NCBI GenBank assembly: GCA_032718475.1
Contig: JAUCBJ010007902.1
Span: 1 to 45,196 of the forward strand
Direction of reading: 5' to 3'
Length of the DNA stretch: 45,196 nt
Origin: Nemertoderma westbladi
Taxonomy: Eukaryota > Animalia > Xenacoelomorpha
The stretch's first letter is position 1; each line of letters opens with the position of its first letter. The notes under the pieces are model-generated. The model was not told the DNA's origin. It saw only the letters and a list, made by a program, of their open reading frames with translations, and did not search any database. Below are positions 23,314 to 36,500 of this stretch, in pieces. The position numbers and the translations under genes are program-made.

Positions 23314-24380
23314 TAATTTTCCCGATGCTTAATTTGGCGGTACTAATAATATCATGCACAAATATAAATTTAGCGCAATTATAGAGAAATTAAAACCAGT
23401 AGCTAGCCTCATCAAGGCTAATAACGGCAAGCCCATATCCAGGGTCCAACAAGGAACTATCTACTTATATCCTATTACAAAACTACATAGGTAGGGCTAC
23501 ATACTATACAAAATGGATGAGTTCAAAATATATGGGCGTTTCAATTTCCTTATCTAAATATCATTGCTCGTTATGCCTTATCTAAATAATTATACTGCAT
23601 CACGGACTAATATATGATACTATATAATGGACTAATATATTATACTGTATAATGGACTAACATATTATACTGTATAACGGACTAATGTATTACATAATGT
23701 AAGTACAGCGCCATATACCGTAACACCTACACTAGTATCAAACTGTAGGAACCAAGTATTTAGAGGGAAATAAAAATATTGAAGTGGCAGTGGCTTATTT
23801 AAAAAATAAAAATATTTACCGAATAATGTCATATTGTATAAAAAAAATTTAAAAATTTAAATTATTTACAAACAGATACAGTACATAGAAAGAGTAATAT
23901 ATTAGGGCCTGGCAGTGAGGTTTTTTAGAACAATACAATAAAAATAAAAAAGGGCAAGTTAGACACAAATATGAAGTTTGTACTGTATGAAATATTGGAA
24001 TGCAGTTTAAAAATAATACATAAAAAATATTGGAATGCAGATTACCGAGTAAGGTAAACTGTACAGTATGGTACATAAGAAGTATACTGATAGGATACAG
24101 GTATAGTATACGGTACCGTATCGGCTATACCCTGATACCGGTAGGCCTACCACACTATAATAGGCTAACAGAGTAGCTAACAGCTAAGGCTAAATACCAT
24201 TACCATATACTGACTGATATCAATAGGCATACCAGAACGTGTACCGGTAATCCCTGAATCAGCAGATCAGGGTGGCGCGTAGCAGAAAGCTGATGTAAAG
24301 TAGCGGTACAAAGTAGGCCTACCCTACAGTCCAGCAGTCAGACAGTCCAGCAGTCTGTTCTGGAGTTTTAAAACCACAAA

Positions 24381-24541
24381 ATGAGTGGTGTAGCAAATTT
24401 TGATGCGGGTGACAAGGAGAGTTGGTATTTACGTTCTATTACCCGAGAGGAAGCTCAGCGAGTTCTTGTAGATAAACCATGTGGTTGTTTCTTCGTACGA
24501 GATTCCGTTACCTGCCCAGGGGACTATGTTCTATGCGTAAA
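24381..24541 (+). CDS. crk: Crk/CrkL adaptor, first coding exon (SH2 N-half); not in ORF track
   Basis: caaaATG start; MSGVANFDAGDKESWYLRSITREEAQRVLVDKPCGCFFVRDSVTCPGDYVLCV matches the Crk N-terminus (NFD...SWY...SR.EA..L......FLVRDS.T.PGDYVL.V). Donor AA|GTAAGT, phase 2. Confidence 0.93.
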
Positions 24542-24677
24542 GTAAGTAATACCTGAATACCGGTATCTAATCTTATATCGTGTCGTACCGGTAGCGGTCG
24601 TGCAGTCGTGACATTCCGCATGCAGGCATGGGTTTCCGCTTTCCGGTACTAGAATGCACTACAGCAGTAGGCTGGTA

Positions 24678-25175
24678 GGGAACATACCCTTAAATAAGCT
24701 CCAAAAGTGGGTTCTTATTTAAGGAAAATGGCTCTTATTTAGGGGTTTTGGGCCTTTTTTGGACATTTTTTCGACATAATAATAATATGCAAGAACTTGT
24801 TTGTGTTTCAGGAAAAAATACCGCATAATTTTATTTCACAATATAAAAGTTGGGTCTTTCTTGAACATAATGCAAAAAACCAGACCGTCCGGTTTTTTTT
24901 CTACAAGAGTTTTAAAATTGCACCAAAAATACGACCAGTTCCTAAATAATAGGGATTTTTTAAATTTACTTTATTTAAGATGTAAGACATCGCAATTGTA
25001 CACATAAATACTAAACAGCTAAAAGTCCCTATATAAGATATTTTTGACCTGACACCTGAGTTCCTTATTTAGGAATACAATTTCATTCCAAAATCTCCAA
25101 ACTCCTTAATATTAAATATTCCTCATACAGTCATATATGAAATAAATTAAATTAAATATTCCTTATATAAATGTA
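24678..25175. mobile_element. Possible degenerate MITE-like element with repeated CTTATTTA(A)GG motifs in both orientations
   Basis: Related motifs CCCTTAAATAAG, CTTATTTAAGG, CTTATTTAGG, CCTAAATAA, CCTATATAAG, CCTTATTTAGG are scattered across ~500 bp; ends not resolved. Confidence 0.3.
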
Positions 25176-25324
25176 TCTTATCTGCTTATAACTGTCTGGG
25201 TCTCCCAGCCCATTTCTCCTTCTGCCCTTATCTACTTACTGACTTATGACAGTTATGACCTCGTCGTAACTGCCTAACCTGGACAGGCAAGATAAGGGAG
25301 CTTAATTGGATAGGTGCAAAAGTG

Positions 25325-26392
25325 CACAACGGGCAACAATGAAAGAATGACCAACAACGAGCAACAATGAGTAACAAAACAATGAGCAACAACGAGTAAT
25401 ATTGAGCAACAATGGCAGAATGGGAAACAATGAGCAACAACGAACAACAATGAGCAACAACGAGCAACATTGAGCAATAATAAAGTACAACAACGAGCAA
25501 CAACGAGCAACAACAAGAAACAACGAGCAATAATCAATGAAGAACAACGACTGAGCAACAATGAGCAACAACGAGTAACAACGGGCAACAGCGAGTAACA
25601 ACGAGCAACAACGGGTAACATTGAGAAACAACGAGCAACAATGAGCATTAATAAAGTAAACAATGAGCAATAACAAAGTACAACAACGAGCAATAATGAG
25701 GAACAACTACTGAGCGAGCAACAACGAGTAACATTGAGAAACAACGACAGACGAGCAACAATGAGAAACAACGAGCAACAATGAGCACTAATAAAGTACA
25801 ACAACGAGCAATAATGAGGAACAACGACTGACTGACTGAACGAGCAACAACGAGTTCAACGAGAAACAACGAGTAACATTGAGCAATATTAAAGTACTGG
25901 TACAACAACGAGCAACAATGAGCAACAACGAGCAACAACTAGAAAAACAACGAGCAACAATGAGGAACAACGACGGAACAAGCAATAATAAAGTACAACA
26001 AAATGAGCAACAACGAGTAACAATGAGCAATAATAAGCAACAACGAGCAATAATAAGGTACAACAACGAGCAATAATAAAGTACAACAACGAGCAACAAT
26101 GAGCACCAACAAGCAACACTGACCAACAACGAGCAACAATGAGGAACAACGACTGAACAACTGAACAAGCAATAATAAAGTACAACAACGAGAAACAATG
26201 AGCAATAATGAGCAACAACGAGTATAATAAAGTGCAACAACGAGCAACAATGAGCACCAGCAAGCAACAATGAGCAACAACGAGAAACAATGAGCAATAA
26301 TGAACAACGAGCAACAACGACGCAACAATGAAATGACCAACGAGAAATAATAAACACAAAAACGAGTAACAATGAGCAACCACGAGCAACAA
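25325..26392. repeat. Degenerate CAA-rich ~10-bp repeat (CAACAACGAG/CAACAATGAG)
   Basis: Direct inspection; gives many spurious Leu/Cys-rich minus-strand ORFs. Confidence 0.9.
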
Positions 26393-26629
26393 ACTGCGTC
26401 GAACTGGATTGAATGTGGGGCGAGCCACTTTTAAGTGAGCGAAGCCTTAGCATATGGGTGCCATTTACGAGTTGTCTGTTATCCTCGTAAATTTTTTATC
26501 GCTAATAACTCGGTCATTCCGTGATGAAATTAAACGAAACTTGGTGCGTATGTAGTCAGTCAAAAGATTATAAATAATCTGAAGTTTGATAAAAAAAAAA
26601 CGAACGAACGCAATGAGGCAAATTAAGGA

Positions 26630-27262
26630 GACAAGTATGTATGTATATTATATGTATGTATATTATCTTACATTAAATATAGATGATATAAGAAATTAAA
26701 TAATAAACATTGAACATTAACTCAGTCGAAAAATAACGGCATCTCATTACTAATAAGGTATCGTATGGCCATAGGTGCAAATGAGTTCTGAAATAATTTC
26801 GTACGAACGTTTGGCATTGTGTATTTGCTGCGAGTGGAGGTGGAAGTTGACTTGGAGGCCATGATAAAATCATGTAAGAGGTGTCGGGGTGTGGCCACAA
26901 TCTTGTTAACCGCGTTGACAAATTGAGTGGAGAATGCGTCATTAATATATTTTAAGTACACATGTTTATCTATCTTAGAGTGCCTTGCGTACAGTGATAT
27001 TGGTTTACGCAGCTTCTTTCTTAGAATGGAAGGTGTAAGAGGGACCCAAGCCACAGAACAGTACAAATAGTGTGGTGCAATGTACGTTTGGAATATAAAT
27101 ATTTTAGTCTTTTTACTCGCAAACCGAATGAAAAAGCTGAACTGGCGCACTATGTAGTTAACTTTTTTTTATTAAGTTAGAGACATGGATTTTCCATGAC
27201 ATATTATCTGATATCCACACTCCCAGATGTTTCAACACAGCCAGTGGAATCTCAGCTATATA
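26630..27262 (-). mobile_element. 3' fragment of a CR1/L2-group LINE ORF2 (decayed)
   Basis: Minus strand reads LKHLGVWISDNMSWKIHV, then a frameshift in an A-run, then ...HYLYCSVAW..., and in another frame RTKLFQNSFAPMAIRYL; these are typical post-RT motifs. (TACA)n-like tail near 26635-26665. Confidence 0.75.
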
Positions 27263-27335
27263 TAAAAGTTAATTTAGGTCCAAAATGCCGCAAAATTTAT
27301 TAAGTAATGAAATATTAATTCCGTTTCTGTTTCAG

Positions 27336-27477
27336 AGAGGAGACTAAAGTCAGCCATTACATCGTTAGTTGCCGCGGAGGTAAATATGTAATTGGCGATT
27401 TAGAATTTAAATCTTTAATTGATTTAATTCAACATTATAAACTTAACTTGTTAGATACGTCGCGGCTTAAAACACCG
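27336..27477 (+). CDS. crk: Crk/CrkL adaptor, exon 2 (SH2 C-half); not in ORF track
   Basis: Acceptor tttctgtttCAG, donor CCG|GTGAGT. In frame (AA+A = Lys): EETKVSHYIVSCRGGKYVIGDLEFKSLIDLIQHYKLNLLDTSRLKTP, matching Crk VSHYI...IGD..F..L..L...YK...LDT..L..P. Confidence 0.93.
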
Positions 27478-27524
27478 GTGAGTTTATTCATTTTTATTCA
27501 CTTACGTTTATTCATTCATTTAAA

Positions 27525-30500
27525 TTCTCTATGTCGGTCTATCTAACATTCTCTATGTCGGTCTATCTAACATTATATATGTCGGTCTATCTAACATTCT
27601 CTATGTCGGTCTATCTAACATTATATATGTCGGTCTATCTAACATTCTCTATGTCGGTCTATCTAACATTCTCTATGTCGGTCTATCTAACATACTCTAT
27701 GTCGGTCTATCTAACATTCTCTATGTCGGTCTATCTAACATTCTATATGTCGGTCTATCTAACATACTCTATGTCGGTCTATCTAACATTCTCTATGTCG
27801 GTCTATCTAACATACTCTAAGTCGGTCTATCTAACATTCTCTATGTCGGTCTATCTAACATTATATATGTCGGTCTATCTAACATTCTCTATGTCGGTCT
27901 ATCTAACATTCTCTATGTCGGTCTATCTAACATTCTCTATGTCGGTCTATCTAACATTCTCTATGTCGGTCTATCTAACATTCTATATGTCGGTCTATCT
28001 AACATACTCTATGTCGGTCTATCTAACATTCTCTATGTCGGTCTATCTAACATACTCTAAGTCGGTCTATCTAACATTCTCTATGTCGGTCTATCTAACA
28101 TTATATATGTCGGTCTATCTAACATTCTCTATGTCGGTCTATCTAACATTCTCTATGTCGGTCTATCTAACATTCTCTATGTCGGTCTATCTAACATATA
28201 TATGTCGGTCTATCTAACATACTCTATGTCGGTCTATCTAACATTCTCTATGTCGGTCTATCTAACATTCTCTATGTCGGTCTATCTAACATTCTCTATG
28301 TCGGTCTATCTAACATTATATATGTCGGTCTATCTAACATTATATATGTCGGTCTATCTAACATTATCTATGTCGGTCTATCTAACATACTCTATGTCGG
28401 TCTATCTAATATTCTCTATGTCGGTCTATCTAACATTCTCTATGTCGGTCTATCTAATATTCTCTATGTCGGTCTATCTAACATTCTCTATGTCGGTCTA
28501 TCTAACATTATATATGTCGGTCTATCTAACATTATCTATGTCGGTCTATCTAACATACTCTATGTCGGTCTATCTAATATTCTCTATGTCGGTCTATCTA
28601 ACATTCCCTATGTCGGTCTATCTAACATTATATATATCGGTCTATCTAACATTCTCTATGTCGGTCTATCTAACATTCTCTGTGTCGGTCTATCTAACAT
28701 ACTCTATGTCGGTCTATCTAACATTCTCTATGTCGGTCTATCTAACATTATATATGTCGGTCTATCTAACATTATCTATGTCGGTCTATCTAACATACTC
28801 TATGTCGGTCTATCTAACATTATCTATGTCGGTCTATCTAACATACTCTATGTCGGTCTATCTAACATACTCTATGTCGGTCTATCTAACATTATCTATG
28901 TCGGTCTATCTAACATTATCTATGTCGGTCTATCTAACATTATCTATGTCGGTCTATCTAACATTATCTATGTCGGTCTATCTAACATTATCTATGTCGG
29001 TCTATCTAACATTATCTATGTCGGTCTATCTAACATTCTCTATGTCGGTCTATCTAACATTCTATATGTCGGTCTATCTAACATACTCTATGTCGGTCTA
29101 TCTAACATACTCTATGTCGGTCTATCTAACATTATCTATGTCGGTCTATCTAACATTCTCTATGTCGGTCTATCTAACATTATCTGTGTCGGTCTATCTA
29201 ACATTATATATGTCGGTCTATCTAACATTCTCTATGTCGGTCTATCTAACATTATCTATGTCGGTCTATCTAACATTCTCTATGTCGGTCTATCTAACAT
29301 TATCTATGTCGGTCTATCTAACATTCTCTATGTCGGTCTATCTAACATTCTCTATGTCGGTCTATCTAACATTCTCTATGTCGGTCTATCTAACATACTC
29401 TATGTCGGTCTATCTAACATTCTCTATGTCGGTCTATCTAACATTCTCTATGTCGGTCTATCTAACATACTCTATGTCGGTCTATCTAACATTCTCTATG
29501 TCGGTCTATCTAACATTCTCTATGTCGGTCTATCTAACATACTCTATGTCGGTCTATCTAACATTATCTATGTCGGTCTATCTAACATTATCTATGTCGG
29601 TCTATCTAACATTATCTATGTCGGTCTATCTAACATTATCTATGTCGGTCTATCTAACATACTCTATGTCGGTCTATCTAACATTCTCTATGTCGGTCTA
29701 TCTAACATTCTCTATGTCGGTCTATCTAACATACTCTATGTCGGTCTATCTAACATTCTCTATGTCGGTCTATCTAACATTCTCTATGTCGGTCTATCTA
29801 ACATACTCTATGTCGGTCTATCTAACATTATCTATGTCGGTCTATCTAACATACTCTATGTCGGTCTATCTAACATTATCTATGTCGGTCTATCTAACAT
29901 TCTCTATGTCGGTCTATCTAACATACTCTAAGTCGGTCTATATAACATTCTCTATGTCGGTCTATCTAACATACTCTAAGTCGGTCTATCTAACATTCTC
30001 TATGTCGGTCTATCTAACATACTCTATGTCGGTCTATCTAACATTATCTATGTCGGTCTATCTAACATACTCTATGTCGGTCTATCTAACATTCTCTATG
30101 TCGGTCTATCTAACATTCTCTATGTCGGTCTATCTAACATACTTTATGTCGGTCTATCTAACATTCTCTATGTCGGTCTATCTAACATACTCTATGTCGG
30201 TCTATCTAACATTCTCTATGTCGGTCTATCTAACATTCTCTATGTCGGTCTATCTAACATACTCTATGTCGGTCTATCTAACATTATCTATGTCGGTCTA
30301 TCTAACATACTCTATGTCGGTCTATCTAACATTATCTATGTCGGTCTATCTAACATTCTCTATGTCGGTCTATCTAACATACTCTAAGTCGGTCTATCTA
30401 ACATTCTCTATGTCGGTCTATCTAACATACTCTAAGTCGGTCTATCTAACATTCTCTATGTCGGTCTATCTAACATACTCTATGTCGGTCTATCTAACAT

Positions 30501-33500
30501 TATCTATGTCGGTCTATCTAACATACTCTATGTCGGTCTATCTAACATTCTCTATGTCGGTCTATCTAATATTCTCTATGTCGGTCTATCTAACATTCTC
30601 TATGTCGGTCTATCTAACATACTCTATGTCGGTCTATCTAACATTATCTATGTCGGTCTATCTAACATACTCTATGTCGGTCTATCTAACATAATCTATG
30701 TCGGTCTATCTAACATACTCTATGTCGGTCTATCTAACATTATCTATGTCGGTCTATCTAACATTCTCTATGTCGGTCTATCTAACATTATCTGTGTCGG
30801 TCTATCTAACATTATATATGTCGGTCTATCTAACATTCTCTATGTCGGTCTATCTAACATTATCTATGTCGGTCTATCTAACATTCTCTATGTCGGTCTA
30901 TCTAACATTATCTATGTCGGTCTATCTAACATTCTCTATGTCGGTCTATCTAACATTCTCTATGTCGGTCTATCTAACATTCTCTATGTCGGTCTATCTA
31001 ACATACTCTATGTCGGTCTATCTAACATTCTCTATGTCGGTCTATCTAATCTAACATACTCTATGTCGGTCTATCTAACATTCTCTATGTCGGTCTATCT
31101 AACATTCTCTATGTCGGTCTATCTAACATTATCTATGTCGGTCTATCTAACATTCTCTATGTCGGTCTATCTAACATTATCTATGTCGGTCTATCTAACA
31201 TTCTCTATGTCGGTCTATCTAACATTCTCTATGTCGGTCTCTCTAACATTATCTATGTCGGTCTATCTAACATTCTCTATGTCGGTCTATCTAACATTAT
31301 CTATGTCGGTCTATCTAACATTCTCTATGTCGGTCTATCTAACATTCTCTATGTCGGTCTATCTAACATTCTCTATGTCGGTCTATCTAACATTCTCTAT
31401 GTCGGTCTATCTAACATACTCTATGTCGGTCTATCTAACATTCTCTATGTCGGTCTATCTAACATACTCTATGTCGGTCTATCTAACATTCTCTATGTCG
31501 GTCTATCTAACATTTTCTATGTCGGTCTATCTAACATACTCTATGTCGGTCTATCTAACATTATCTATGTCGGTCTATCTAACATTCTCTATGTCGGTCT
31601 ATCTAACATTCTCTATGTCGGTCTATCTAACATTATCTATGTCGGTCTATCTAACATTCTCTATGTCGGTCTATCTAACATACTCTATGTCGGTCTATCT
31701 AACATTCTCTATGTCGGTCTATCTAACATTCTCTATGTCGGTCTATCTAACATACTCTATGTCGGTCTATCTAACATACTCTATGTCGGTCTATCTAACA
31801 TACTCTATGTCGGTCTATCTAACATTCTCTATGTCGGTCTATCTAACATTCTCTATGTCGGTCTATCTAACATACTCTATGTCGGTCTATCTAACATTCT
31901 CTATGTCGGTCTATCTAACATTCTCTATGTCGGTCTATCTAACATACTCTATGTCGGTCTATCTAACATTATCTATGTCGGTCTATCTAACATTCTCTAT
32001 GTCGGTCTATCTAACATTCTCTATGTCGGTCTATCTAACATACTCTATGTCGGTCTATCTAACATTCTCTATGTCGGTCTATCTAACATACTCTATGTCG
32101 GTCTATCTAACATTCTCTATGTCGGTCTATCTAACATTCTCTATGTCGGTCTATCTAACATACTCTATGTCGGTCTATCTAACATACTCTATGTCGGTCT
32201 ATCTAACATACTCTATGTCGGTCTATCTAACATTCTCTATGTCGGTCTATCTAACATTCTCTATGTCGGTCTATCTAACATTCTCTATGTCGGTCTATCT
32301 AACATTCTCTATGTCGGTCTATCTAACATACTCTATGTCGTCTATCTAACATTCTCTATGTCGGTCTATCTAACATACTCTATGTCGGTCTATCTAACAT
32401 TCTCTATGTCGGTCTATCTAACATTATCTATGTCGGTCTATCTAACATTCTCTATGTCGGTCTATCTAACATTATCTATGTCGGTCTATCTAACATTCTC
32501 TATGTCGGTCTATCTAACATTCTCTATGTCGGTATATCTAACATTATCTATGTCGGTCTATCTAACATACTCTATGTCGGTCTATCTAACATTCTCTATG
32601 TCGGTCTATCTAACATTTTCTATGTCGGTCTATCTAACATTCTCTATGTCGGTCTATCTAACATTCTCTATGTCGGTCTATGTAACATTATCTATGTCGG
32701 TCTATCTAACATTCTCTATGTCGGTCTATCTAACATTATCTATGTCGGTCTATCTAACATTCTCTATGTCGGTCTATCTAACATTCTCTATGTCGGTCTA
32801 TCTAACATACTCTATGTCGGTCTATCTAACATTCTCTATGTCGGTCTATCTAACATTATCTATGTCGGTCTATCTAACATTATCTGTGTCGGTCTATCTA
32901 ACATTATCTATATCGGTCTATCTAACATTATCTATGTCGGTCTATCTAACATTATATATGTCGGTCTATCTAACATTCTCTATGTCGGTCTATCTAACAT
33001 TATTTATATATGTCGGTCTATCTAACATTATCTATGTCGGTCTATCTAACATTCTCTATGTCGGTCTATCTAACATTCTCTATGTCGGTCTATCTAACAT
33101 TTTCTATGTCGGTCTATCTAACATTCTCTATGTCGGTCTATCTAACATTCTCTATGTCGGTCTATCTAACATTCTCTATGTCGGTCTATCTAACATTCTC
33201 TATGTCGGTCTATCTAACATACTCTATGTCGGTCTATCTAACATTCTCTATGTCGGTCTATCTAACATTATCTGTGTCGGTCTATCTAACATTATCTATA
33301 TCGGTCTATCTAACATTATATATGTCGGTCTATCTAACATTATCTATATCGGTCTATCTAACATTATCTATGTCGGTCTATCTAACATTATCTATGTCGG
33401 TCTATCTAACATTATCTGTGTCGGTCTATCTAACATTCTCTATGTCGGTCTATCTAACATTCTCTATGTCGGTCTATCTAACATTTTCTATGTCGGTCTA

Positions 33501-36500
33501 TCTAACATTCTCTATGTCGGTCTATCTAACATTTTCTATGTCGGTCTATCTAACATTCTCTATGTCGGTCTATCTAACATTCTCTATGTCGGTCTATCTA
33601 ACATTCTCTATGTCGGTCTATCTAACATTCTCTATGTCGGTCTATCTAACATTATCTATGTCGGTCTATCTAACATACTCTATGTCGGTCTATCTAACAT
33701 TCTCTATGCCGGTCTATCTAACATTCTCTATGTCGGTCTATCTAACATTATCTATGTCGGTCTATCTAACATTATCTATGTCGGTCTATCTAACATTCAC
33801 TATGTCGGTCTATCTAACATTCTCTATGTCGGTATATCTAACATACTCTATGTCGGTCTATCTAACATTCTCTATGTCGGTCTATCTAACATTCTCTATG
33901 TCGGTCTATCTAACATTATCTATGTCGGTCTATCTAACATTATCTATGTCGGTCTATCTAACATTATATATGTCGGTCTATCTAACATTCTCTATGTCGG
34001 TCTATCTAACATTATCTATGTCGGTCTATCTAACATTATCTATGTCGGTCTATCTAGCATTATATATGTCGGTCTATCTAACATTATCTATGTCGGTCTA
34101 TCTAACATTATATATGTCGGTCTATCTAACATTATCTATGTCGGTCTATCTAACATTATCTATGTCGGTCTATCTAACATTATATGTGTCGGTCTATCTA
34201 ACATTCTCTATGTCGGTCTATCTAACATTCTCTATGTCGGTCTATCTAACATACTCTATGTCGGTCTATCTAACATTATCTATGTCGGTCTATCTAACAT
34301 TCTCTATGTCGGTCTATCTAACATTCTCTATGTCGGTCTATCTAACATTATCTATGTCGGTCTATCTAACATTATATATGTCGGTCTATCTAACATTATC
34401 TATGTCGGTCTATCTAACATTATCTGTGTCGGTCTATCTAACATTATCTATATTATATGTGTCGGTCTATCTAATATTCTCTATGTCGGTCTATCTAACA
34501 TTATCTGTGTCGGTCTATCTAACATTCTCTATGTCGGTCTATTTAACATTATCTGTGTCGGTCTATCAAACATTCTCTATGTCGGTCTATCTAACATTAT
34601 CTGTGTCGGTCTATCTAACATTCTCTATGTCGGTCTATCTAACATTATCTGTGTCGGTCTATCTAACATTATCTATGTCGGTCTATCTAACATACTCTAT
34701 GTCGGTCTATCTAACATTCTCTATGTCGGTCTATCTAACATTTTCTATGTCGGTCTATCTAACATACTCTATGTCGGTCTATCTAACATTATCTATGTCG
34801 GTCTATCTAACATTCTCTATGTCGGTCTATCTAACATTCTCTATGTCGGTCTATCTAACATTATCTATGTCGGTCTATCTAACATTCTCTATGTCGGTCT
34901 ATCTAACATACTCTATGTCGGTCTATCTAACATTCTCTATGTCGGTCTATCTAACATTCTCTATGTCGGTCTATCTAACATACTCTATGTCGGTCTATCT
35001 AACATACTCTATGTCGGTCTATCTAACATACTCTATGTCGGTCTATCTAACATTCTCTATGTCGGTCTATCTAACATTCTCTATGTCGGTCTATCTAACA
35101 TACTCTATGTCGGTCTATCTAACATTCTCTATGTCGGTCTATCTAACATTCTCTATGTCGGTCTATCTAACATACTCTATGTCGGTCTATCTAACATTAT
35201 CTATGTCGGTCTATCTAACATTCTCTATGTCGGTCTATCTAACATTCTCTATGTCGGTCTATCTAATATACTCTATGTCGGTCTATCTAACATTCTCTAT
35301 GTCGGTCTATCTAACATACTCTATGTCGGTCTATCTAACATTCTCTATGTCGGTCTATCTAACATTCTCTATGTCGGTCTATCTAACATACTCTATGTCG
35401 GTCTATCTAACATACTCTATGTCGGTCTATCTAACATACTCTATGTCGGTCTATCTAACATTCTCTATGTCGGTCTATCTAACATTCTCTATGTCGGTCT
35501 ATCTAACATTCTCTATGTCGGTCTATCTAACATTCTCTATGTCGGTCTATCTAACATACTCTATGTCGTCTATCTAACATTCTCTATGTCGGTCTATCTA
35601 ACATACTCTATGTCGGTCTATCTAACATTCTCTATGTCGGTCTATCTAACATTATCTATGTCGGTCTATCTAACATTCTCTATGTCGGTCTATCTAACAT
35701 TATCTATGTCGGTCTATCTAACATTCTCTATGTCGGTCTATCTAACATTCTCTATGTCGGTATATCTAACATTATCTATGTCGGTCTATCTAACATACTC
35801 TATGTCGGTCTATCTAACATTCTCTATGTCGGTCTATCTAACATTTTCTATGTCGGTCTATCTAACATTCTCTATGTCGGTCTATCTAACATTCTCTATG
35901 TCGGTCTATATAACATTATCTATGTCGGTCTATCTAACATTCTCTATGTCGGTCTATCTAACATTATCTATGTCGGTCTATCTAACATTCTCTATGTCGG
36001 TCTATCTAACATTCTCTATGTCGGTCTATCTAACATACTCTATGTCGGTCTATCTAACATTCTCTATGTCGGTCTATCTAACATTATCTATGTCGGTCTA
36101 TCTAACATTATCTGTGTCGGTCTATCTAACATTATCTATATCGGTCTATCTAACATTATCTATGTCGGTCTATCTAACATTATATATGTCGGTCTATCTA
36201 ACATTCTCTATGTCGGTCTATCTAACATTATTTATATATGTCGGTCTATCTAACATTATCTATGTCGGTCTATCTAACATTCTCTATGTCGGTCTATCTA
36301 ACATTCTCTATGTCGGTCTATCTAACATTTTCTATGTCGGTCTATCTAACATTCTCTATGTCGGTCTATCTAACATTCTCTATGTCGGTCTATCTAACAT
36401 TCTCTATGTCGGTCTATCTAACATTCTCTATGTCGGTCTATCTAACATACTCTATGTCGGTCTATCTAACATTCTCTATGTCGGTCTATCTAACATTATC

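Larger units (their letters stand above)
21485..23725 (-). mobile_element. Solo-LTR-like non-coding element, copy 2 (2241 bp, TG...CA ends, 5-bp TSD CCTAC)
   Basis: Begins TGTAC (21485) and ends GTAACA (23725), flanked by CCTAC at 21480-21484 and 23726-23730. No credible ORF. Promoter motifs and ~24-bp enhancer-like tandem repeats (GGACTAATAT...ATACTG, ~23590-23690) lie near the right end. Confidence 0.8.

Noticed and set aside
19186-23725. The two copies as paired LTRs of one provirus
   Set aside because: Only ~150 bp apart with no PBS, PPT or internal domain, strongly diverged, and copy 2 has its own TSD on both sides.
19186-23725. rRNA, telomerase RNA or RNase P identity for the structured element
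   Set aside because: No recognisable rRNA universal motifs, telomere template or RNase P conserved regions shared by both copies.
25228-26453. Leu/Cys-rich membrane-protein-like minus-strand ORFs
   Set aside because: Translations of the degenerate CAA-rich repeat.
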